A stretch of 64,000 nucleotides of DNA. Source: Candidatus Latescibacterota bacterium (GTDB taxonomy: Bacteria > Latescibacterota > UBA2968 > UBA8231). Location of the stretch: the NCBI GenBank assembly GCA_965197905.1, contig CBDAOB010000003.1, positions 1 to 64,000 on the forward strand, read 5' to 3'. Under the pieces are notes generated by a model. That model worked only from the letters and a program-made list of their open reading frames with translations, was not told the origin of the DNA and searched no databases. Shown here one piece after another: positions 38,901 through 46,571 of the stretch (positions are counted from its first letter, which is position 1; each line of letters begins with the position of its first letter). The position numbers were made by a program, and so were the translations under genes.

Positions 38901-39121
38901 GCGTGTTTCCAATAGACATTGATGAATAGCCAGTCGTGTTCCCAGCCCTCCGGGTGCATGCTCAGCGGAATGCGACTGTACGCGATGTACCCGACCACGA
39001 GCAGTGCCAACAGCACCATCACTACGGTGACTGGACGCCCTACAGACATCCGCGCCAGGCTGTACCTGCGATTCTTCTCCCCGACGACGAGGTGTTCTGT
39101 TTCAGTCGATGGAGCCGTCAT
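35909..39121 (-). CDS. RND efflux permease (AcrB/AcrD/AcrF family)
   Basis: RPVTV, LERIQGVANVEIYG, AVPLSLL, GLVMDNAIVIVEN, TLTTVVVFLP, LFESF, GVVVNNAIV and RFRPILMT. Confidence 0.92.
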   Translation of the reverse strand: MTAPSTETEHLVVGEKNRRYSLARMSVGRPVTVVMVLLALLVVGYIAYSRIPLSMHPEGWEHDWLFINVYWKHASPADVQRAFMPYSEDALGALNWVKYLETVCAHAQFHAKLQCRPNTDTDRARRELWEVVDQLRSRWPENVDANVVHFQGSNAGVMWVSARYDGDIRYANYLLETQVRPRLERIQGVANVEIYGPGRDEVVIELDEDKVRGHGVDVAEYLRLLRDQNFRLSGGRLVEGGRQLQVRSQGRFSSLEEIRKLTLHDRENLRLGDVASVQLKPEKRRSINRVDGQQLLWIAVRRTSNGNLVAISQAAREVLREASERPEFADFDVEIVWDQSEHVLQSINNLKSSLMWGGLFAGIVLFLFVRTLRMTLVISAAVPLSLLATVIAIYLIGWTLNSANMLGLMLSLGLVMDNAIVIVENIFHKRQSGVPAREASIQGAGEVGLAVTMATLTTVVVFLPLILMSDDQDFVFSMLRIGLPVVFGLLASLIIALVLIPLAVERLGIRGRRTEGGGIVKLRSRYLHWLRWVLDHRLDASILVLAVMATITYPQTRVARTDAQEGGRSNIRMMFNFPTGNTLEQTDRFMRAVEDTIANHQFEYGYEHMHMWCQNWEGNVNLVFPTEKDLTWYRVAFDHVLEWLDLMESPYMEADAIVADIKERISLPAGTHLIANYRWGDALEAADQDASITVHLYGHDLDVLTRLSEEVERRLDRIPGLLSVYTDMDRGTPEMQVRVDLEKLRRYGISPREISESLLGRLSGFEPGRFSVGNGSQLQMRLQLEEADHYGLRELRNVTFASDEERLIPLDAIATFHAKRALGKIRRQDHKTLIKVTALATKDEAKELFAQVDKAMEGLAMPRGYRWDKGARYERLVEADRSQEFAIIMAVVCVFLLMGVLFESFVMPLSVIVSVPFAFLGVYWVLYLTGTPMDFLSQLGTVILIGVVVNNAIVFIDLANRLRAQGTEIREALVEAGRQRFRPILMTTFTTVCGLIPMAVGNTKVAGTGYAPLGRTIMGGLLASMFLTLVIVPLCYTLFEDLRIAVRRLVRSGVSRPRAGRAEVGATDNR

Positions 39122-39224
39122 ATGCCTTCTTTTGCGTGGACGGTAAGGGCATCCTAAGCTTAACATGCCCTGGAACAACCGGCACACCCGTCTTGGGTGA
39201 GCCGACCCCTGATAGCTCTGCCAA

Positions 39225-40763
39225 ATGCACAACGTCGACGACGTCCGACAGTTCGACAGTGCGCTCAAGAAGCGCATCAGCGGTTTCCGCGAGAAGCTCG
39301 CCGATTGGCTGGCGCCAAACCGCCTGACTCTCGCGGAAGCGCGTGTACAGAAGGTGCTGATCCCGATGGTGGGCGTCTACACGCCGGGATGGCAGGCACT
39401 GCCGGCGTTCTCCTGGGAATTCGTCGAGCTGATCACCAACGAAGGCTTGGTCGGTACCGGCGAATGGGCGGTGGCGCTGGACGACCGCGCAAAATCCTGC
39501 TTGGAGCGACTGCGCCAGAAGCCAGGCGCCAACCTGCTGGACCTCGACCTGGAAGAACCGCTCTACATGGCCTGGTGGGATCTGGCGGGTCAGGTTCTGA
39601 ACAAACCGTTGCAAGATCTTTGGGCCGAGCTCTTCGAGCGCGATTTCGAACCTCCAACCGCGGTGCCGATGGCGGCCTATACCTGGCAACGCTTTCCCGA
39701 TGCCGACGGTAACAACGCTGTCACCTTCGACAGCTGGCCCGGGCACGCGGCCGAGCGGGCGCGCCAGGGTTTTCCCGCCATCAAGGTTTCCATGACCGCC
39801 TACCAGCCGGAAGAGCACGTGGAGCTGGTGCACGCGATCCGTCAGTCAGTCGGGCTGGACACGGCGATCCGCATCGACGCCCACGGCACCTGGAATTACC
39901 AGGAGGCACGCCGGATCCTGCCGCAGCTCGAAGACTGCAATCTGGAATACATCGAACAACCTATGAACTCCTTGCTGCCGCACGCCTTCTATCCTAAAGA
40001 TGAGGCGGCCGTTGGACAATCACCAGAAAAAGGTGGATTCCAGTCCGAATACTACTTTCGCAAGATGACCGACCTGCGGCAGCTGCTGCGAACTCCGCTT
40101 TCTTGTCACTGGTGGACACCGCCCATCGTACATCCGAAAGGTGCCAGCGTCATGTCGAACCGGTGGGAGCCGCATTGGTACATGATGGAGCGCTACGAAG
40201 CCGCCGACGTTTCGGTGCCCGATATCCTGCTGGGACCCTGGGGTCTGTGGCGGGTGACACAGCTGGCGAAGTTCATGGGCATGCACGTCACCGTGCACAG
40301 CAACTTCGAGCTCTGCCTGCAGCTCTCCTTTCGTGCCGCGATGGTGGCGGCGTTGGTTTACGAATCCGAGAGCGCCGGACTCTACATGGGAACGACGCCG
40401 CGACCGTGCCACCCGATCGACAACGAAACGATCCAGGTGAGCGACGACGTCATTGAAGGAGGTCAGTTCGATTGGACCGGCGGGCACCTGCAGCTGACGG
40501 ACAAACCCGGGCACGGTCAGCGGCTGGATCCGGAACGGGTGCAGAAATATCGGTATTCGCCAGAAGCAGTGGCCCCACACCAGGAGTATGCGCGGCAGCT
40601 GTATCGCACATACCTGCTGGATCGTCCGCGCAGGACGAGCCAGTCCGGCTGGCCCAAACCGCCCGGGCCGGAGACCTTCGCGCGCCATGTCTTCCCATAC
40701 TCGGTGAGAGAGATCCTGGGATCCGAGGACGGGCAAGAAGTCGACATGGAGTTGAATCGTTAA
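39225..40763 (+). CDS. Enolase-superfamily (mandelate racemase/glucarate dehydratase-like) protein
   Basis: ELITNEGLVGTGE, AWWDLAGQ, GFPAIKVS, IRIDAHGTW, LEYIEQP, VHSNFE and KPGHG. Confidence 0.85.
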   Translation: MHNVDDVRQFDSALKKRISGFREKLADWLAPNRLTLAEARVQKVLIPMVGVYTPGWQALPAFSWEFVELITNEGLVGTGEWAVALDDRAKSCLERLRQKPGANLLDLDLEEPLYMAWWDLAGQVLNKPLQDLWAELFERDFEPPTAVPMAAYTWQRFPDADGNNAVTFDSWPGHAAERARQGFPAIKVSMTAYQPEEHVELVHAIRQSVGLDTAIRIDAHGTWNYQEARRILPQLEDCNLEYIEQPMNSLLPHAFYPKDEAAVGQSPEKGGFQSEYYFRKMTDLRQLLRTPLSCHWWTPPIVHPKGASVMSNRWEPHWYMMERYEAADVSVPDILLGPWGLWRVTQLAKFMGMHVTVHSNFELCLQLSFRAAMVAALVYESESAGLYMGTTPRPCHPIDNETIQVSDDVIEGGQFDWTGGHLQLTDKPGHGQRLDPERVQKYRYSPEAVAPHQEYARQLYRTYLLDRPRRTSQSGWPKPPGPETFARHVFPYSVREILGSEDGQEVDMELNR

Positions 40764-40777
40764 CGGAGAATTGAGCT

Positions 40778-41707
40778 TTGCCAGATCTCAACGGCGTCGT
40801 TCCGATCATACCGACGCCCTTCAAAGCCACCGACGAATCGGTTGATTTCGAAGCACTGTCACGGCTCGTGCGTTTTGCGGCAGCCATCGAGGTGCCGGCC
40901 GTATGCCTCCCGGCCTACGCCAGCGAGTTCTACAAGCTAAGCGAAGTCGAGCGCTTCGAGATCGTGGGTGCCGCCGTCGAAGCTGCCAACGGCGACGTCG
41001 CGGTTGTGGCCCAGTCCAACCATCCATCAGCGCTACAAGCGGCCGAAATAGCACGACGCAACGCCGATCTGGGCGCCGACTTCATTTCCTTCGCCATGCC
41101 CCGCATCTTCTCTGTGACCCCGGACGATCTTCTGGGGTATTGCAAAACGATTTGCGACGCTGTAGATCTGCCGGTGTTGATCCAGGACTTCAACCCGGGC
41201 GGCCCGACGGTGGGGGGCGCATTTTGTGCCGATCTGCGCCAGGCTTGCACCAACTTCCGCTACATCAAGCTGGAAGAACCGCTCATGGGTGAGAAGGTTA
41301 CGCAGATCCGTGAGGCCACTGAGGATCGGATCGGGGTGTTGGAAGGATGGGGAGGGATCTACGTGTTGGAACTCTTGCCGTACGGCATCTGCGGCTTGAT
41401 GCCTGGTCTTGCCGCCGCCGATCTGCTCGCGAGCATCTGGCAGTCAGGTAAGGTGGGTGAGGAAGAGGCGGCTCTGGATCTCTTTCAGATGTTGCTCCCG
41501 CAGCTGGTCTTCAGTCTGCAGAACATGGAGCTGTTCCTGCACATCGAAAAACGCCTGCTGGTGGACAGGGGTCTGTTGACCGAACCCATGGTTCGCAGCC
41601 CCACCTTTACGCCAAGTGAACAGTTGCTGGCTTACGGGGACACCTTGAACAGGCGGGTATTGAAGGCGCTCGACACCTGTGGATTGTCGCGGGCTTCCGC
41701 GAAATAG
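40778..41707 (+). CDS. DHDPS/NAL-family protein, 2-keto-3-deoxy-sugar-acid dehydratase-like
   Basis: GVVPIIPTPF, AYASEFYKLSEVER, VLIQD, Schiff-base YIKLE, GWGG and GLMPG. Confidence 0.85.
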   Translation: MPDLNGVVPIIPTPFKATDESVDFEALSRLVRFAAAIEVPAVCLPAYASEFYKLSEVERFEIVGAAVEAANGDVAVVAQSNHPSALQAAEIARRNADLGADFISFAMPRIFSVTPDDLLGYCKTICDAVDLPVLIQDFNPGGPTVGGAFCADLRQACTNFRYIKLEEPLMGEKVTQIREATEDRIGVLEGWGGIYVLELLPYGICGLMPGLAAADLLASIWQSGKVGEEEAALDLFQMLLPQLVFSLQNMELFLHIEKRLLVDRGLLTEPMVRSPTFTPSEQLLAYGDTLNRRVLKALDTCGLSRASAK

Positions 41708-41923
41708 GTATTCGTTGCCTACAGGCTGGACGAGTGCGGCGACGACAGACAGGCTACACCCGCTGTCCAGGGTCGGCTCTCCGATTCACTGGCGCAAAAT
41801 CGAGCCTCGCTTTCGGCTCGGCAGAGACCGCCTTTGGTGGTGTCGTCGATGATGGTCCTTCCTCGATGTAGAAAGAGCTAACCGCGCCAGAATTTCCTCG
41901 TTCCCAGGACTGCTCAAGCGGCA

Positions 41924-42860
41924 CTACAGCGAGCGGTCCACAATATCCAACACTTGCCGCTTGTACTGCTGCGCGCGTGTTGCATCGTTTCCGCGCCCCT
42001 GCCGAATGATGATATACTTCTGCAGCTCATAGAGCAGGTAGAATACCTGCCGAATCCGCGCTCCGGAGGAAGTGTCGCGCCGCCGGCCATAGCCTTCCCA
42101 GAACGCGGGCTCCGAGATGCCGCAGTAGTCGAGCACGGCGTACTCGATCTCCGGATCGCCCCACAAGGCGCGGTCCCAATCGACGAGGCCGGTGACCGTG
42201 CTGGTTTCGTCGTGAGAATGTTCTGCGCCCACACGTCCATGTGGAGAAGTGAAGCCGGAACCTCTCGATCGAACAGCCGAATATGCCGATCGAGCAAGCC
42301 GCGCATTTCCATGCTTTCGTTTTCGTCGTAGTGACCGACGGCGACGATCCCGTCGATCAGCCGATTCCACATTATATGGAAAGCGTCGACCCAGCAGGCC
42401 TGTGCCGGCATGGGGTGGTGTTCACCAATGTAGCCGTAGCTGTCCGCGGTCTGGGCATGACCCTCCGCAAGGTACGCCCCGACTTGTCTCAAAACCTTGT
42501 CGTGGTCGCACGCCACGTCGGAGATCGGGTTTCCTGGCAAGCGCTCCATTATGATAAAATCGCGGTCGATCACGTCCCTGGTGTCGTCGTAGACGACGAT
42601 GGGTGCCACCGGAATCGAGGTTTTTCGATGAGGAGCGTATGGATTCCCGGCTCCTGGTGCATCATATCCTTTTCGTAAAATATGAAGACGGCGTCGCGAG
42701 GCGGCGCGATGCGGACAACCCAGTCGACATTGGCGGCGGCGACGAAGAACGAGGTGTTGAACTTTCCGGTTGGAATGGGCGCGATCTGGATCGGCGAGTC
42801 TATGTCGAGATGCTGCGACACGATATGCTCGACTGTTTTATGCTCGATCTGTTCAGTCAT
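41924..42860 (-). CDS. Aminoglycoside phosphotransferase/fructosamine-kinase-like protein, two one-base frameshifts
   Basis: TGKFN, VVRIAP, IIMERLPG, LLHMDVWAQNIL and VDWDRALWGDPEIE. Frames join if one base is added at the A5 run (42621-42625) and one at about 42212. Confidence 0.8.
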
Positions 42861-43213
42861 GTACTGTTAAAGCGACATCAATCTGAGCTCGCCCCTTTAG
42901 GGTGACGGTCAGTCGTCGCGGGGCTTCGATGTGAACAAATCGTTGATTAAAACTGGTGGGTGATGCCGGCGCAGATTATGGTAACGTCTTCCGTCTGTTG
43001 ACGATGCCTCCGATGACCTGGCAGCGGCCACCTCGCCCATGTCTTTACAAAAGGCCAAAACTTGGGGAATGTTACGCTGGCCATACATGATACCGCCGGC
43101 GCCGGCGATCCCGCCTTTATTGCCATGATCGACCTCGCAGGTTTAGCGGTTATTCGAGCAGTGACAGCAATGAAAATACAGGTTCGATTCAAGGCAAGTA
43201 ATTCGCCGCACGG

Positions 43214-45097
43214 ATGTCGCCGTCGCCGATCGGTCTTCCCACAAACCAAGAGAACTCAACTGTGAAACTGACCATGGCGCAGGCACTGGTGCGTTATCTG
43301 GTGAACCAGCGAGTTCTAATCGATGGAAACGAGGCGCCATTGTTTCCGGGGGTCTTTGCGATCTTCGGACACGGCAACGTTACGTGCCTTGGTGAAGCGC
43401 TGGCGGCCGTGCGCGAGCAGATGCCCACCTGGCGCGGCCAGAACGAACAATCGATGGCGCTGGCCGCCGTCGGTTTCGCCAAAGCCAGGCGGAGACGTCA
43501 GATCATGGTCGCCGCCACCTCCATCGGACCGGGATGCACCAACCTGCTAACGGCGGCGGCCACCGCTCATGCCAACAGGCTGCCCATACTGCTGTTGTCC
43601 GGAGACACCTTCGCCAACCGTCTTCCAGATCCGGTGCTACAGCAGGTGGAGAATTTTCACGACCCGACGATGACGGTGACCGATGCCTTTCACGTGGTCA
43701 CCCGCTACTGGGACCGCATCAACCGCCCGGAGCAGTTGATCTCCTCGCTGCCGCAGGCGGTGGCGACGATGCTCGATCCGGCCGATTGCGGACCGGCGTT
43801 TTTCGCGCTGCCTCAGGATATCCAGGCGGAGGCGTTCGATTACCCGGAAGCTTTCTTCGAGGAAACGGTACACCAGATCCCCCGTCCGCGGCCGGACCGC
43901 GTTTGCATCGCGGAGGCGGCACAGGTTCTGCGCGGAGCGAAGAAACCGCTGATCATTTCCGGCGGAGGGGTGTTCTACTCCGGTGCCGTCGCCAAGCTGA
44001 CGGCCTTTGCTGAGTGTCTCAATGTGCCCGTGGTCGAAACCATCGCCGGTCGCTCGATGATGCTTCACGAACATCCCTTGAATGCAGGTCCGTTAGGAGT
44101 GATCGGTTCGAGCTCGGCTAACGCACTGGCCCAGGAGGCGGACGTGGTGTTGGCGGTGGGCACCCGGTTACAGGATTTCACCACCTCGTCCTGGTCGGGG
44201 TTTGGCAACGAGGAGATGCGTTTGATTGCGCTCAATGCGGCGCGCCACGACGCCCACAAACACCGGGCCGTGTCGGTGGTGGGCGACGCGCTGGCTTGCA
44301 TCGAAGACCTAGAACCGGCGCTGGAAGGATGGCAGGCCCCCGACGCCTGGACTTCTCAAGCCAAATCTCTCTACGCCGAATGGAACGGCACTATCGATGA
44401 GCACTCCGGCCCGACGGCGACAACGCCGCCCAGTTATGCCCAGGTGATCGGGGCGGTCAATCGGAACTGCGACGACACCGATCTCGCTCTTACGGCCGCC
44501 GGTGGGTTCCCGGGCGAGCTCTGCATGAACTGGAAAACGAAATCCCCGGGCACCTTCGACTGCGAGTTCGGCTTTTCTTGCATGGGGTACGAGATCGCCG
44601 GCGGTTGGGGCGCCCGCATGGCGGATCCATCGCGGGATGTGATCGTCTTCGTCGGGGACGGTTCCTACCTGATGATGAACAGTGACATCTACAGCTCTGT
44701 CCTGACCGGGCACAAACTGATCGTGATCCTCTGCGACAACGGCGGTTTTGCCATTATCAACCGCCTGCAGAACTTCAAAGGCAGCGTCTCCTTCAACAAT
44801 CAGATCGCCGATTCGAAGGTGGAACGGGTCGAGTATGTCGATTTCGTTCAGCATGCCAAGAGCATGGGTGCGCTGGGCGAGCAGGTGGAATCGACCGCGG
44901 AGCTGGAGGCGGCCTTCAAACGGGCCAAAGCTGCCGACCGGACCTACCTGATCGCAATCCGGACCCAGGAGCAACAGTGGACTCCCGCTGACGCCTGGTG
45001 GGACTTGGGTGTGCCGGAGGTAAGCGAGCGCGAAGAGGTGAGACAAGCCCGTGCCGACCATTTGGAAAGCCGGAAGAAACAGCGGGTTGGTATCTAA
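43214..45097 (+). CDS. iolD: 3D-(3,5/4)-trihydroxycyclohexane-1,2-dione acylhydrolase (ThDP-dependent)
   Basis: LTMAQALVRYL, AIFGHGNV, NEQSMA, TSIGPG, PDPVLQQ, GTRLQDFTT, EFGFSCMGYEIAG and ThDP motif GDGSYLMM...DN. Confidence 0.95.
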   Translation: MSPSPIGLPTNQENSTVKLTMAQALVRYLVNQRVLIDGNEAPLFPGVFAIFGHGNVTCLGEALAAVREQMPTWRGQNEQSMALAAVGFAKARRRRQIMVAATSIGPGCTNLLTAAATAHANRLPILLLSGDTFANRLPDPVLQQVENFHDPTMTVTDAFHVVTRYWDRINRPEQLISSLPQAVATMLDPADCGPAFFALPQDIQAEAFDYPEAFFEETVHQIPRPRPDRVCIAEAAQVLRGAKKPLIISGGGVFYSGAVAKLTAFAECLNVPVVETIAGRSMMLHEHPLNAGPLGVIGSSSANALAQEADVVLAVGTRLQDFTTSSWSGFGNEEMRLIALNAARHDAHKHRAVSVVGDALACIEDLEPALEGWQAPDAWTSQAKSLYAEWNGTIDEHSGPTATTPPSYAQVIGAVNRNCDDTDLALTAAGGFPGELCMNWKTKSPGTFDCEFGFSCMGYEIAGGWGARMADPSRDVIVFVGDGSYLMMNSDIYSSVLTGHKLIVILCDNGGFAIINRLQNFKGSVSFNNQIADSKVERVEYVDFVQHAKSMGALGEQVESTAELEAAFKRAKAADRTYLIAIRTQEQQWTPADAWWDLGVPEVSEREEVRQARADHLESRKKQRVGI

Positions 45098-45100
45098 GCC

Positions 45101-45251
45101 ATGCCCGTACGACTGGCCGTCGTCGCCTCGTCGAATAGCGACCTGATGGAGGAGGATCCGGCCAAAGCGAATCCGCTGCAATAGGCTTGGATCGGCTATA
45201 GACACCTCGCGGATGTGCTGCGGCGCGGCCGCCATCGAAATCATGGATTGA
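45101..45251 (+). pseudogene. iolE: iolE (myo-inosose-2 dehydratase) remnant: first about 15 codons fused to last about 35 codons
   Basis: MPVRLAVVASSNSDL-MEEDPAKANPLQ*AWIGYRHLADV, then AAAIEIMD* in a shifted frame. Matches recalled IolE termini (WSNDDL; EQDPAKANPLEYA..GY). Starts 3 bp after the iolD stop. Confidence 0.7.
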
Positions 45252-45259
45252 GAGAACAT

Positions 45260-46126
45260 ATGTCGGAAGATCTGGACCATCAGATGGACGGAAAGATCGC
45301 GGTGATCACTGGCAGCACTCAAGGCCTCGGCGAAGCCGTGGCGTGGTTGTTTGCCAAGCGAGGCGCCGCCGGCCTGGTTACCTGCGGTCGCAACGTCGCC
45401 AACGGACAACGGGTCGCGGAGTCGATCAGCAAGGATGGCTGCGCTACCCATTTTGTGGAAGCCGACCTCGGACGGGTAGAAGACTGCGCTCACGTCGTCG
45501 CCGCGGCCGACAGCCACTTCGGTCGCATCGACACCCTGGTCAACTGCGCCGCCATCACCGATCGCGGCACCATTCTCGATACTTCACCGGAGCTGTTCGA
45601 CCAGATCTTCGCGGTCAACGTGCGAGCGCCCTTCTTTCTAACGCAGGGTGCGCTCAAGATCATGATTCGCGAAGGCATCAAAGGAACGGTGGTCAATATT
45701 CTCAGCATGTCGGGGCACGGAGGACAGTCGTTCCTGTCGCCGTACTGCACTTCCAAGGGTGCGCTTGCAGTGCTGACAAAAAACACCGCTTTCAGCGTCA
45801 TGCGCCACAACATCCGCGTCAACGGCCTCAACATCGGTTGGATGGACAGCCCCGGAGAGGACCGCATGCAACGCAAATACCACGAACAAGCAGAGGGCTG
45901 GCAGCGGGAAGCCGAAGAAGGTCTGCCGTTCGGACGCATGTTGAAGACCGACGAGGTGGCTCGCGCAGTGGCGTTTCTTTGCTCCGACGAATCCGGCATG
46001 ATGACCGGATCTATCGTCGATTTCGCCCAGGTGGTTCTGGGGTGTTTTGAAGAGCGAGTGATGCCGCCGGACCAGCTAGCGGACGATGGGCGGCAAACCC
46101 AACCCGTTAAAACCTACGGCCAGTAA
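45260..46126 (+). CDS. SDR oxidoreductase (iol-cluster associated)
   Basis: TGSTQGLG, LVNCAA, YCTSK (YxxxK), RVNGLNIGW and SGMMTGS. Confidence 0.88.
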   Translation: MSEDLDHQMDGKIAVITGSTQGLGEAVAWLFAKRGAAGLVTCGRNVANGQRVAESISKDGCATHFVEADLGRVEDCAHVVAAADSHFGRIDTLVNCAAITDRGTILDTSPELFDQIFAVNVRAPFFLTQGALKIMIREGIKGTVVNILSMSGHGGQSFLSPYCTSKGALAVLTKNTAFSVMRHNIRVNGLNIGWMDSPGEDRMQRKYHEQAEGWQREAEEGLPFGRMLKTDEVARAVAFLCSDESGMMTGSIVDFAQVVLGCFEERVMPPDQLADDGRQTQPVKTYGQ

Positions 46127-46450
46127 GCGTTCAGAATCTCCAGCGCTTCCCCGGCACGGACGCCCCTGCCGACGAGATCCCGCAGGTCGTCGACGGCACC
46201 GATGCGATGGGGTTCCTGCGTACCATGCGCGGCGATCACAGAGCCGTAGGCCGCCGAAGCTTCTTCAGTTCTACCTTGAACGAGATAGACAAGGGCCAGG
46301 TTGCACAGGGCGATGCTATTTTGTGGTTCGGATTCAAGTGCGGTCAAATAAAGATTCGCGCACTGTCCACCTGACCCCGGCTGTAGTGGATGTGTCCTCG
46401 CGTACACACATAATGTCGCGGCTCATGATGTCTTCGGCTTGTAGGCTCAT
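46114..46450 (-). pseudogene. Chimeric remnant: CBS-domain N-terminus fused to a TPR-protein C-terminus
   Basis: GAGGAG RBS, then ATG 46450 MSLQAEDIMSRDIMCVREDTS (CBS start). Out of frame there follows IHYSRGQVDSA/ANLYLTALESEPQNSIALCNLALVYLVQGRTEEA...ILNAYWP* (TPR). Confidence 0.6.
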
Positions 46451-46571
46451 GGGATCGCTATCTCCTCAATGTCGACAGCATACGGCGCACATCCTATACT
46501 CCAGTAAATTCTCAATGCAAAAATCGCGCCGCAACCTTCGACAGTAGGATGCGGCTCGGCTGGAGCGGTGG

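Noticed and set aside
41801..41820. Hairpin CGAGCC-N8-GGCTCG between convergent genes as a terminator
   Set aside because: Short stem without a convincing U-tract.
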